From Bryobacteraceae bacterium (lineage in GTDB: Bacteria > Acidobacteriota > Terriglobia > Bryobacterales > Bryobacteraceae): a DNA stretch of 64,000 nt. Made by a program: the position numbers and the translations under genes. A model generated the notes under the pieces. It had not been told where the DNA came from and did no database searches. It saw only the letters and a list, made by a program, of their open reading frames with translations. Every line of letters begins with the position of its first letter. Position 1 is the stretch's first letter. Where the stretch lies: the NCBI GenBank assembly GCA_049518655.1, contig JBEKRO010000025.1:2164-66163 (forward strand). Direction: 5' to 3'. Below, piece after piece: positions 8,130-17,597 of the stretch.

Positions 8130-10352
8130 ATGACGCGGGTAATCCCGGTTCTCTTCGGCGCTCTGTTCACGGTGGCAACCATCTGGTCGCTCGGTATGCT
8201 GCTGTTCCGCAGGCTTTCGCTGGCCTTTCACGCCTGGGAAGAGCGCTTGCTCGCCTTCGTCGTCGGCTCGGCTTGCCTGAGCGGGATCATGTTCGTACTC
8301 AGCGCCACGCGGCTGGCGAGTCGTGGAATTTTGCTGGTGGTTGGGCTCGCCATCATTGGCTATGGCGCTTACTCGGGTATCGGACGTTTTCAGGGAAAAG
8401 GCTTCCCTCCACTCTCCACATTGTGGCGCTGGGTGTTTGGCGTGGGCTTTGCGGCGTTCACCTACATCGGATTTTTCCACGCTCTCGCTCCCGAGCACAG
8501 TTCGGACGGTATGGCCTATCACCTGGGCGAAGTAATGAAATACCAGCATGCTCACGGATTCCTGCGCATCACCACCGATCTCTACTCCAACTTGTCGCAG
8601 GGCGTTGAGCTGATCTATCTGTTCGCGGTCGACTTTGGGCGTTACTCGGCCGCCAGCCTGGTTCACTTTACGTTTTTGGTGGTTCTGGCTTTTCTCATAT
8701 TGCTTTATGGCAAGCGAATTGGACGTCCCGAGGCCGGCGTGGCAGCGGCCATCTTCACCTACGCGAGCCCGATTGTTCTGATGGACGCATCCATCGCTTA
8801 CAATGACGTTGCGCTCGCGGCCGTTCTCTTCGCGCTGTTCTATCTACTGCAGATTTGGGATGAAAATCGCGATCCCAAAATGCTGGTGCCGATCGGCATC
8901 CTGGCGGGTTTCGGCTACGAAGTGAAATACACTGCGATCCTGGCCGTCCCTTACGCCCTCGGATTCATTGGGTGGAAACTGTGGCGCGAGCGGAAGCCCA
9001 TCTTGCGGCCGGTACTGGTGGTCTCTGGTTTGGCCGCCATGTGCATATTGCCCTGGATGGTGAAGAATTGGATCGAAGTGATGAATCCGGTTTCGCCTCT
9101 TGCCAACCGTGTCTTTCCGAACCCGTACGTACACATTTCGTTTGAAGATAGCTGGCGCGCGTATCTGGCCCACTACGATTTGACCAGCCGGTCTCAAATT
9201 CCGCTGCAAATCACGGTACAAGGCGATCATGTGGAGGGGTTTCTGGGGCCCCTATTCTTGCTCGCGCCGCTCGCTCTGCTGGCGCTTCGTTTCCGGCCCG
9301 GACGCCAACTGCTGCTGGCGGCGGCGATCTTTGGGGCGGCGTATTTCAGCAATATCGGCACGCGCTTTTTGATTCCCATTGTGCCGTTTATTTCGCTCGC
9401 GCTCGCACTGGCCGTCGCCAATGTTCCCTGGCTGCTGCTGGTGCTGGTGATCGCTCACGGCATCGCTTCCTGGCCCGATGTGTATCAGTTCTATTGCGCG
9501 CCCTATGCCTTTCGGATCGAAGAAGTGCCGGTGAGAGCGGCGCTCCGCCTGCAATCGGAGGATGCTTATCTCAGCCAGGATCCCGAATACGTGGTGGATC
9601 GCATGATCGGGGGGATCGTCCCTCCCGGGGAGCCAGTCTTCACCATCAGCCAGGGAGGCCAATCGTATCTGCAACGCAATTTGCTAGTGGGTTACGAAAG
9701 CGCTCCGAATGAGGTCCTGGAAGACATATTGTGGACGCCGGTGTTCCGCTACAATCAGCCTACGCGCACTCTCAAATTCGACTTTCCGTCGCGTGAGCTG
9801 CGCAAATTGCGGGTGGTGCAAACCGCCAGCCTGCAGGGGTTGCAGTGGTCGATCGCCGAGCTACGCGTTTTCACTTCCGGCCCCGGGAACATCCAGACTG
9901 AGATTCCGCGCGATCCAGCTTGGCGGCTCACCGCGCATCCCAACCCCTGGGACGTTCAACTCGCATTCGACAATAGCGCGGTTACGCGCTGGCGAAGCTG
10001 GCAGCCGGGTGCGCCCGGCATGTATGTCCAAGTCGACTTCGGCCGGCCTCAAAGTGCAAGCGCCGTGGTGGTGCAAACCTCCGACGATACCGGCCCAGCC
10101 AAGGTCAAGCTGGAGGGAATGGGCGCGGACGGAAGGTGGGTCACGCTGTCCGATCAACCAATCGAATCCAGGCAGCCTATTCGAGCGAGCCTGCGCCTGG
10201 CAGCCACCGCGGAACTAAAGGCGCGTGGCATTCATTACTTGCTGATCATGCCTGAGAATCCGGGATCGACCGATTTGCGTCGCTATCCGGCTTTCTGGGG
10301 ACTGACCGTAGCGGGCACGGTGGGCGACGTAGTACTCTTCCACATCAAATAA
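8130..10352 (+). CDS. GT-C type (ArnT/PMT-like) membrane glycosyltransferase with C-terminal F5/8 type C (discoidin) domain
   Basis: About 450 aa of multi-pass membrane domain, then a soluble tail. The tail has a discoidin-like motif: NPWDVQLAFDNSAVTRWRSWQPGAPGMYVQVDFG. Confidence 0.65.
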   Translation: MTRVIPVLFGALFTVATIWSLGMLLFRRLSLAFHAWEERLLAFVVGSACLSGIMFVLSATRLASRGILLVVGLAIIGYGAYSGIGRFQGKGFPPLSTLWRWVFGVGFAAFTYIGFFHALAPEHSSDGMAYHLGEVMKYQHAHGFLRITTDLYSNLSQGVELIYLFAVDFGRYSAASLVHFTFLVVLAFLILLYGKRIGRPEAGVAAAIFTYASPIVLMDASIAYNDVALAAVLFALFYLLQIWDENRDPKMLVPIGILAGFGYEVKYTAILAVPYALGFIGWKLWRERKPILRPVLVVSGLAAMCILPWMVKNWIEVMNPVSPLANRVFPNPYVHISFEDSWRAYLAHYDLTSRSQIPLQITVQGDHVEGFLGPLFLLAPLALLALRFRPGRQLLLAAAIFGAAYFSNIGTRFLIPIVPFISLALALAVANVPWLLLVLVIAHGIASWPDVYQFYCAPYAFRIEEVPVRAALRLQSEDAYLSQDPEYVVDRMIGGIVPPGEPVFTISQGGQSYLQRNLLVGYESAPNEVLEDILWTPVFRYNQPTRTLKFDFPSRELRKLRVVQTASLQGLQWSIAELRVFTSGPGNIQTEIPRDPAWRLTAHPNPWDVQLAFDNSAVTRWRSWQPGAPGMYVQVDFGRPQSASAVVVQTSDDTGPAKVKLEGMGADGRWVTLSDQPIESRQPIRASLRLAATAELKARGIHYLLIMPENPGSTDLRRYPAFWGLTVAGTVGDVVLFHIK

Positions 10353-11329
10353 TGCCTGAATATTTTCTCGGCGTGGATGGGGGCCAATCCAGCACCACCG
10401 CTTTGATTGGCGATGAAACCGGCCGCGTGCTGGGCGTTGGCCGGGGCGGACCGTGCAATCATGTCGGGGCATCGGAAGGCCGGGCCAAGTTCGTCAGCGC
10501 CATTCGGTCATCGGTGAACGCAGCGTGCAGGCAAGCAGAATTAGATGCCGCGAGCGTTCGGTTCCGCGGCGCCTGCTTGGGATTGAGCGGCGGGCCAGTG
10601 GACAAGGAATCGATCCTGAGCGAAATACTCGCGAGCCACCGGACTCTGGTAACCGACGATGCCTCCATCGCGCTGGCCGGCGCCACAGCAGGTAAGCCCG
10701 GCGTCGTGGTGATTGCGGGAACCGGCTCCATTGCGTGGGGGCGAAATGCCGGCGGCCGCACCGCACGGGCTGGCGGCTGGGGCTACCTTTTTGGAGACGA
10801 AGGCGGAGCTTTCTGGATCGCGCGCCAAGCTCTGCGCGCCGCTCTGCGTTGGGAGGAGGGCTGGGGCGTCCCCACGTCCCTGCGCGCCCGCCTGCTGGAT
10901 TACACGGGAGCAAAGAACATTAATGACTTGATGCATCGCTGTTACACCCCGGAATTTCCCCGGCCGCGGGTTGCCGGTCTTTCCGTGCTGGTGAACCATG
11001 CCGCCGAAATCGGCGACCCCATGGCCCTCGAAATCCTGGATACGGGTGCACGCGAGCTGGCCCTATTGGCGGCTGTGGTGCGCGGGCAATTGTTCGCGGC
11101 CAAAGAGCCGACGCTCGTCACATATTCCGGTGGTGTATTCCATAGCCGGATAATGCTTGCCCGCTTCCGCGATTGGATGTCGTCAGAGGCTGGGATCCGG
11201 GTGACGCCCCCGGTGTTTACCGTCCATGGGCCGGCCATCGGAGCCTTGCTGGAGGCGTATCGGGCGGCAGGACTGGATCATGTCATACAGGGTTTCCGCC
11301 TTTCTGCCCCTCCGGAACATTTTCCCTAA
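10352..11329 (+). CDS. BadF/BadG/BcrA/BcrD-type ATPase, N-acetylglucosamine kinase-like
   Basis: N-terminal phosphate-1 motif FLGVDGGQSSTTALI, followed by IAGTGSIAWG. The start overlaps the upstream stop as TAATG. Confidence 0.8.
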   Translation: MPEYFLGVDGGQSSTTALIGDETGRVLGVGRGGPCNHVGASEGRAKFVSAIRSSVNAACRQAELDAASVRFRGACLGLSGGPVDKESILSEILASHRTLVTDDASIALAGATAGKPGVVVIAGTGSIAWGRNAGGRTARAGGWGYLFGDEGGAFWIARQALRAALRWEEGWGVPTSLRARLLDYTGAKNINDLMHRCYTPEFPRPRVAGLSVLVNHAAEIGDPMALEILDTGARELALLAAVVRGQLFAAKEPTLVTYSGGVFHSRIMLARFRDWMSSEAGIRVTPPVFTVHGPAIGALLEAYRAAGLDHVIQGFRLSAPPEHFP

Positions 11330-11427
11330 TCAGCGAATCAGCCATTTTCCTATGTCGCGACTAGGGTGAGATTCCTTGAATCGCGCATTCCGATCATCGA
11401 TAAGTCCTGCGAGGGTGAACTGTATCA

Positions 11428-12762
11428 ATGGCTTGGGTTTGGCAAGACGGAAAGCAGGCTGATAGGGGTGAGCCGCCGAGTTCCAAACTTTCCGGAACCC
11501 TGGTCGATGAGATTTCCATGACGACCCGAGCTGTGGAAATCAGCGAAGCACGCGGCGACGAGGCCATCCGCGCGCACTGTTTGCGTGTAGCAACCTGGTC
11601 GAGCGAGTTGGCGGGCGCCATCGGTCTTTCTGAATCGGACAGAAGTCTGGTGGAGCAGGCCGCGATTGCCCATCACGTTCCCGAGATTTTGGTGAACGAC
11701 CAGGCGCGCCGTCGCCTGCTTGCTGAGATGCACTTGGAAGCGCGGGGCGATCGACCCTTCGTTTCCGAAGAAGTGAGAGCGGTACTGGAGACTCTCTGGG
11801 GCCGCCGCCCGATCGCCGATCCCGCCATGGGGAAGATCGTGGCGGTGCTTGAAATCAGTGACGACTTCGATCAGTTCTTCGAATCCGAGCCGCTGTTTGA
11901 TGCCGACTCACTGGATCAATGCACGAACTCCTCGGTCGAGGCCATGATGACCTACCTGCAGGTCACCAGCCGGGCCGATGTCAGCCGTGTGATCGATCGG
12001 CTGCCCGTATTTCCCCGCGCCGCTCGCGAGGTGGTGCGGCTGGTTGCGAATTCCGAGGTGGGACCTCGCGAAATGGAGGCGGTGGCCTCACTGGATCCGG
12101 TGCTTGCCGGACGGTTGATCCAAACGGCGAACTCGGCCTATTACAGCCCGCGGCAGCCGGTTGGGACAGTTTTACACGCAGTCTCCTTCATTGGTACCGA
12201 AACCGCGCGCCGCGTACTGCTGGCCGCGGCAATCAGGGGAAACTTCTCGTCCCCGCAGGCGCACCAGCTTTGGAATCACAGCCTGGACGTAGCGCAGACC
12301 GCCGAACTGGTGGCCATGCACGCCAAAGTCACAATAGATCCTTCGCAGGCGTTTTTGGCGGGCTTGATTCACGACATCGGACGCCTGGCCTTTGCCATCA
12401 TGCCGCTCGGATTCCAGGAACGGTTCCAACGCCTCACCGACGGTGGTTGTCCGCCGGTGGAAGTGGAAATGTGCCTCTCCGGCCGCTGCCACGGCGAAGT
12501 GGGCGCCGAAACCCTGGCCCAATGGAAGTTTCCGCCAGAAATCATCAAGGCTGTTCGCTGGCACCATCGCCCCGAGCGGTCCGAGCTTCCGTTGAGCTCG
12601 CTGCTCTATCTGGCCGAGTTTATTACCGATTCGCAAGAGGATCTACCGTCCTACGTCCGCATGAATACCGCCACTCGCCTGGCGGGCATTTCGATGGGGC
12701 TGCTGGCCGAGATTCGACAGAAGAGCGCTGGGTCGCTCGAAAGCTTGCGTTTCGCGGCCTAA
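11428..12762 (+). CDS. HDOD domain signalling protein with N-terminal HD-like region
   Basis: HDOD-type motifs LWNHSLDVA, GLIHDIGRLAF and RWHHRPE. The start is uncertain; an alternative ATG is at 11518. Confidence 0.7.
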   Translation: MAWVWQDGKQADRGEPPSSKLSGTLVDEISMTTRAVEISEARGDEAIRAHCLRVATWSSELAGAIGLSESDRSLVEQAAIAHHVPEILVNDQARRRLLAEMHLEARGDRPFVSEEVRAVLETLWGRRPIADPAMGKIVAVLEISDDFDQFFESEPLFDADSLDQCTNSSVEAMMTYLQVTSRADVSRVIDRLPVFPRAAREVVRLVANSEVGPREMEAVASLDPVLAGRLIQTANSAYYSPRQPVGTVLHAVSFIGTETARRVLLAAAIRGNFSSPQAHQLWNHSLDVAQTAELVAMHAKVTIDPSQAFLAGLIHDIGRLAFAIMPLGFQERFQRLTDGGCPPVEVEMCLSGRCHGEVGAETLAQWKFPPEIIKAVRWHHRPERSELPLSSLLYLAEFITDSQEDLPSYVRMNTATRLAGISMGLLAEIRQKSAGSLESLRFAA

Positions 12763-12788
12763 GCTCCTCCCCGCGTTACGCTAGTTGC

Positions 12789-14168
12789 TTGATTCCTCAG
12801 TCAGAGATCGGTTGGTTGCCGGACCTGATCTACACCGGCGAAAGATTTCAATCCGGCCTTGCGATGTTTGCGGACGCCACTGGCCGCATCACTCGATTTT
12901 CCGGTGAGCCGGCTGATCTCACCAAAGCCTTGCGGTTCAGCGGGCGCGCCATCCTGCCCGGCTTGGTTAATGGCCACTCGCATGCCTTCCAACGGGTTCT
13001 GCGCGGCCGCACGGAGCACGGCAGCGCGAGTGCGCGCCATTCATTTTGGACCTGGCGGGAGAGCATGTATCATGCCGCCAACCGGCTTTCTCCCGAAGGT
13101 CTGTATCATGCTTCGCGCATGGCGTTCCTGGAAATGCTTCTAACCGGGATCACCACCGTCGGCGAATTCCATTACGTCCATCATGCTCCAGGCGGAACGC
13201 CTTACGCCGATCGAAATGAGATGGCGTGGCAAGTGCTTCGCGCGGCTCGGGACGCTGGCCTGCGCATCGCTTTGTTGCGAACCGCCTATGCGCGGTCGGG
13301 GTGGAACAAACCGGCCGAGCCGGGGCAGACTCGATTCCTGACGCCGCGCGTGGAAAATTTCATCGCGGACACAGAAGCGTTGCGGGCGGCGATCGCACGC
13401 ACGGAGTATGCGGAGTGGGCGTGGGTGGGCGTTGCTCCACACAGTCTGCGAGCCGTTCCTCTGGACTACGTGCGCGACGTGGCAGCTTATGCACGCGCGC
13501 AACGAATGCCCATTCACATGCACGTCTCTGAGCAGCCCGCGGACGTGGAAGCTTGTCTGCGCGAATGCGGGATGCGGTCTGTCGAGTTGCTCGATCATCA
13601 TGGCTTCCTCGACTCTCGTTTCACAGCCGTTCACGCCATTCACGTCACTGGGAGCGAAATTTCCGAGCTCTCGCGCGCGGGTGCGATGGTCTGCGCGTGT
13701 CCCACCACCGAGCGCAATCTTGGGGACGGAACCGCTCCCGCGGACCAATTCTTGGATGCGGGCGTTCGGGTTTCGCTAGGCTCCGACAGCAACGTGCAGA
13801 TCAACCTGCTTGAAGACGCACGGTCGCTCGAATATCATCTCAGAATTCTCAAACTGGAACGCGCACTGCTCCCGGCGAAGCATCTGTTCGCCTGCGCCAC
13901 CGCGGCGGGCGCCGCAAGTCTGGGTGCACCCGGCGGCATTCTCGAGGTAGGCCGCCCAGCCGACTTCTTTACGGTGGCGCTGGATGATCCCTCCATCGCG
14001 GGAGCCGACGCCGATTCGCTGCTCAGTCACGTGGTTTTCTCCGCCGAACGAACAGCGGTGCGCGACGTAGCGGTAGCAGGCAAATTCGTGGTTCGAGATG
14101 GCCACCATCCGCTGGGCGAGGAAATCGTTCACGATTTCGCGCGCCTTCAGCGCGAGCTTTGGACTTAG
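12789..14168 (+). CDS. hutF: formimidoylglutamate deiminase (amidohydrolase superfamily)
   Basis: Motifs LPGLVNGHSHAFQRVLRGRTE and SFWTWRESMY match the HutF signature. The listed ORF (from 11919) overlaps the HDOD gene out of frame, so I place the start at TTG 12789. The start is approximate. Confidence 0.75.
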   Translation: MIPQSEIGWLPDLIYTGERFQSGLAMFADATGRITRFSGEPADLTKALRFSGRAILPGLVNGHSHAFQRVLRGRTEHGSASARHSFWTWRESMYHAANRLSPEGLYHASRMAFLEMLLTGITTVGEFHYVHHAPGGTPYADRNEMAWQVLRAARDAGLRIALLRTAYARSGWNKPAEPGQTRFLTPRVENFIADTEALRAAIARTEYAEWAWVGVAPHSLRAVPLDYVRDVAAYARAQRMPIHMHVSEQPADVEACLRECGMRSVELLDHHGFLDSRFTAVHAIHVTGSEISELSRAGAMVCACPTTERNLGDGTAPADQFLDAGVRVSLGSDSNVQINLLEDARSLEYHLRILKLERALLPAKHLFACATAAGAASLGAPGGILEVGRPADFFTVALDDPSIAGADADSLLSHVVFSAERTAVRDVAVAGKFVVRDGHHPLGEEIVHDFARLQRELWT

Positions 14169-14174
14169 CCCGGG

Positions 14175-14600
14175 TCAAAGTTCGACGATCGAAAAACCCT
14201 CTAGGCGCGCTGCCTCTCGCAGTCGAAGATCGCGGCATAGAAAGGCTCGATTCTTGGGCTTCTGGTTACACCACACCAAGGCAGCCGCGAGTTGCAAGGC
14301 CTCCGCGGCACGCAGTTCGTGTCGATCGAGGCATGCTTCGGCAAGATCTCGCAACCTGTTGGTGGGTTGTATTTCGCGCCAACTTTTCCGCAGCAGGGCA
14401 AGCCGGCGGTTTGCCGCATCGTGATACTGCGCAGGCAGCACGCCTTGCCGTCGTCGACGATAGAGTGCGCTGACGACCTCTACACCGGTACCCCACCACA
14501 CAACCGGAGTGTATTGGCGCAGAAGGCGCCGGCCGGCCCCAGGGTTTTCAATGGACGCGCACAAGGGGACCACCGCGCTAGCGTCCCAGAAGCCCTGCAT
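14175..14600 (-). CDS. vapC: PIN-domain toxin (VapC family)
   Basis: MQGFWDASAVVPL N-terminus with an acidic PIN residue. ATG at 14600 overlaps the antitoxin 3' end. Confidence 0.75.
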   Translation of the reverse strand: MQGFWDASAVVPLCASIENPGAGRRLLRQYTPVVWWGTGVEVVSALYRRRRQGVLPAQYHDAANRRLALLRKSWREIQPTNRLRDLAEACLDRHELRAAEALQLAAALVWCNQKPKNRAFLCRDLRLREAARLEGFSIVEL

Positions 14601-14898
14601 CCCGTTCTTCCCGATCTTCAGAGACGGCACTGGATAAAGAGTCCGCAATGTCCGCACTCAGAGGGTGCTTGGCGCCGATCGACCAAAAGGCGCGCTCATT
14701 GAATGCCTCCGACGGTAGAAGGAGTTCTCCCGACGCTACCAGCGCCAGTTCCTCCGCCGACACGTCCGTGGTGTTCAAGGGAACGATTTTCGCAACCGGC
14801 AAATTGCGGTCTCGAATCACGATCTCCTCGCCCGCGCGAACTTTCTGCAGGTAGGCGCTCAGGCTGTTCTTGAGCTCCGCGATGTTCACCGTTTCCAT
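14578..14898 (-). CDS. Phd/YefM-type antitoxin
   Basis: METVNIAELKNSLSAYLQKVRAGEEIVIRDRNLPVAKIVPL is a typical Phd/YefM N-terminal fold. It lies directly upstream of the PIN gene. Confidence 0.75.
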   Translation of the reverse strand: METVNIAELKNSLSAYLQKVRAGEEIVIRDRNLPVAKIVPLNTTDVSAEELALVASGELLLPSEAFNERAFWSIGAKHPLSADIADSLSSAVSEDREERDAGLLGR

Positions 14899-15003
14899 AT
14901 AGCTATTATAGCCACAATGAGGCTAGGTAGGCCATGACTTCCGGAAGCCAGCGCCTGGTGCGTCCCGAGAGTCCTTCGCCCGGTCTGCAATAATAATTGT
15001 GAA

Positions 15004-16590
15004 GTGGCTGACGAGCGTAGCGCGTTGCACGACCTGATCCGGCGCGGCCGGCGTCGCCAAGCTTTGCATTTGCTGATCCACGCTGCGTCGTTCGCGGCCG
15101 TTGTCGCCCTGGGTGGCGCAATTCTGCTCCTCATTGTCGGCGCGCAAATCCTCAACTGGTATTGGCTGGTCTTGCTGTTTGCAGGAAGCCTTGCGGCCAG
15201 CGCGTATCGCTTGCGTGCCAAGCTGCTTTCCGCGTATCAGGTGGCCCAGTCCATCGATCGCCAGCTCGGTTTCAAGGACGCGTTGTCTACCGCTTACTAC
15301 TTCAGCCATCATCCCGGGCGTGCCACGTCGCCCGAGTTCGTCGAGGAGCAACGCCAGGGCGCGGAGAACATGGCTCGATCGGTTGACGTCCAGCGTGCCG
15401 TACCGTTTCTGATGCCGCGAACCGCCTATGTCAATTTGGCTTTGGTTGCGGTTGCATTCGGAATGTTCGGATTGCGATACGGCATTCATCGGAGCCTCGA
15501 CCTCGGCTCACCGTTGGTTCACATCAACTTCGACGGTCTCTTCGGCGCTTCATCGCAAGTGGCCGACGCAAGGCATGGTAAACGCCCGGGTGAGGGCGAC
15601 GGCCAGCACGATCCAGGCGCGCCGGTGGATCCTTGGCAGGCGAAGACCAACGATCTGGATCCGGCCACTGACGCCGCGCTTCAGTCCGCCGAAGATCCCG
15701 ATCCGAACAACGCCAGCACATCGCCGGACGCCTCCGCGAAGGCCGATGCGAAAAGCGGCGAGCAGTTGCCGCCGGGCAGCAATCCGCTGGACTCCGGCGA
15801 AAAGGGCGAAAAGAACGATACATCGCAGTCGAGTGACGCCAATGCGAATGCATCTTCCGGAGCCGATTCCAAATCCGGGCAGCAGAACGGCTCGAAGGAC
15901 GCCAAAGAGGCCAAGGACGCGAATTCCGGCAGTTCCGGCGAAAACTCCAGCCTCGCAAGCAAGCTGCGCGATGCACTCTCTAATCTACTGGCGAAAATGA
16001 AGCCGCAGTCCAAGCCGGGCGGCGGCAAACCGAACGACTCGTCGCAATCGTCGAGCACGCGCCCCTCCCAGCAAGGTGAAAAGCAGGAAGGCGATCCGAA
16101 ATCGCCCGGCCAGGAACAAGCCGACTCCAGCGCGAATTCGCAATCGGAAGGCGACCAGCAGCAGGGCGGGACGCAGCAAGCTTCGCAAGGCAAGAGCGAG
16201 GGGCGCAGCAACAATCAACCCAACTCGCCCGACGGCAAGAGCGGCATCGGCAAGCAGGACGGCGACAAAGCCGCTCGTGAAGCGGCTGAATTGGCCGCCA
16301 TGGGAAAGCTTAGCGAGATTATCGGTAAGCGCGCCGCTAATATTTCGGGCGAAGTGATGGTGGAAGTCTCGTCGGGCAAGCAGCAGTTGAAGACCCAGTA
16401 CTCGCAGCAAAACGCCACGCATATGGAGGCGGGCGGGGAAATCAATCGCGACGAAGTTCCGCTGGCCTATCAGCAGTACGTGCAGCAGTATTTCGCGCAG
16501 GTCCGGAAGGTCCCCGCGGGGAAGAGCAAGGGCCCAGCCTCCGCGCCCCCGGACGCCAAGCCCAAAACAACACCGTCCAGCCTGCCTTAA
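15004..16590 (+). CDS. membrane protein with a very long Ser/Asp/Lys/Gln/Gly low-complexity region
   Basis: GTG start. Two or three N-terminal TM helices. About 300 aa of low-complexity sequence (residues about 190-480). Short conserved-looking tail PLAYQQYVQQYFAQVRK. Confidence 0.6.
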   Translation: MADERSALHDLIRRGRRRQALHLLIHAASFAAVVALGGAILLLIVGAQILNWYWLVLLFAGSLAASAYRLRAKLLSAYQVAQSIDRQLGFKDALSTAYYFSHHPGRATSPEFVEEQRQGAENMARSVDVQRAVPFLMPRTAYVNLALVAVAFGMFGLRYGIHRSLDLGSPLVHINFDGLFGASSQVADARHGKRPGEGDGQHDPGAPVDPWQAKTNDLDPATDAALQSAEDPDPNNASTSPDASAKADAKSGEQLPPGSNPLDSGEKGEKNDTSQSSDANANASSGADSKSGQQNGSKDAKEAKDANSGSSGENSSLASKLRDALSNLLAKMKPQSKPGGGKPNDSSQSSSTRPSQQGEKQEGDPKSPGQEQADSSANSQSEGDQQQGGTQQASQGKSEGRSNNQPNSPDGKSGIGKQDGDKAAREAAELAAMGKLSEIIGKRAANISGEVMVEVSSGKQQLKTQYSQQNATHMEAGGEINRDEVPLAYQQYVQQYFAQVRKVPAGKSKGPASAPPDAKPKTTPSSLP

Positions 16591-16599
16591 GAGCTGGGG

Positions 16600-17319
16600 T
16601 TAGCCTTCGTCGTAGAAGCTGCGCTGCCCTAAATACCACAGCAGGCGGTCCAGCACTCTAACTTTGTAGGGACAATCGGATAAATCTTCTGGGCTAATGA
16701 CGGACTCGACTTCGTTATAAACTTGGAGCCACACATCCACAAAGCAAGCGTACTTTAGTTGTTTTGGCGCGGGAACCAAATGGCAAAGCCGACTTATGAC
16801 CCCGAGAGCCCTGGCAGCATTATCGTCAAAAACTGGGACGTCGTTTGGATAGCAGCACCACAACGCCTTTGAAGTAAGCGAGGTTAACGCCGGTGGTTCA
16901 CCGCTTTTCTTGGGCTTGGCAACCTTACAGATTCGTTTTCCAAGTCGGTCGAACTCGGAAACGATTCCGTCCTTATTCCGATGCAACGAGTCTTCGCGCG
17001 GTCCGTCCGCAAACCCGATAATCTCGTTTGCCATTGCGGTCTTCCTATCAGGCTGAACGAACATAAGCACTTTATAGTATTCGAGCCAATGGACGACTTG
17101 TCTCTGCCGACCTGTCGGGTCGAGAGCGCGTCCGTTGATCGCGTCTATGACCGCTTTGTCTTCGGTAGTGTCGCGACCACCGCAATGCCACTTCATCGCG
17201 ATGAGCTCCTTCGTGAGTGCTCTCAGGTCGCACAAGTTCCACGTCGCATGTGAGTCTGTCGTAGTATATCGCGCGTAATAGCTGGTCCTTCCAATTATCA
17301 TCGCCTCGCTGCTGTTCAA
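16600..17319 (-). CDS. hypothetical protein in a lower-G+C patch
   Basis: 239-aa ORF. A/T content is visibly higher than in the flanks. No signal peptide. The segment LTSLTSKALWCCYPNDVPVFDDNAARALGV weakly resembles the HhH element of OGG-fold proteins. That resemblance is speculative. Confidence 0.55.
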   Translation of the reverse strand: MNSSEAMIIGRTSYYARYTTTDSHATWNLCDLRALTKELIAMKWHCGGRDTTEDKAVIDAINGRALDPTGRQRQVVHWLEYYKVLMFVQPDRKTAMANEIIGFADGPREDSLHRNKDGIVSEFDRLGKRICKVAKPKKSGEPPALTSLTSKALWCCYPNDVPVFDDNAARALGVISRLCHLVPAPKQLKYACFVDVWLQVYNEVESVISPEDLSDCPYKVRVLDRLLWYLGQRSFYDEG

Positions 17320-17399
17320 CTAGAAATCGCGGGGTGAAGTCAGATTCTACTCAATCATGAACCAACGCGTTCAATCCGATTCCGATATCCGTGCCTCCC

Positions 17400-17597
17400 T
17401 CAGAGGCTGACGCCCGCATCACGCGCTATTCGAGAGGCAAGTCCCGGCTTCAAACTCTTGCTGCCATGCACCGGGATTGAAATGACTTTGCGTTCGCCCG
17501 GCTTGGAATAGATATGGTGACTTCCATTGATGCGGCGGAGCAACCAGCCATTCTTCTCAATCCGCCGGCACATCTCGGGTCCGCTGACAGCTTTCAA
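17400..17597 (-). CDS. hicA: HicA-family mRNA interferase toxin
   Basis: RRIEKNGWLLRRINGSHHIYSKPG...ISIPVHG motif. TTG start overlaps the hicB stop (TTGA). Confidence 0.8.
   Translation of the reverse strand: MKAVSGPEMCRRIEKNGWLLRRINGSHHIYSKPGERKVISIPVHGSKSLKPGLASRIARDAGVSL

Noticed and set aside
11919-12788. N-terminal about 290 codons of listed ORF 11919..14168
   Set aside because: It overlaps the HDOD gene out of frame, is Arg/Pro/Gly-rich, and has no family resemblance. HutF similarity begins only near 12810. This is a high-G+C open-frame artefact.
17340-17399. tRNA-like fragment (GTTCAATCC) that might mark an integration site next to the low-G+C gene
   Set aside because: I could not build an acceptor stem, T-stem pairing or cloverleaf, and no flanking direct repeat was found.
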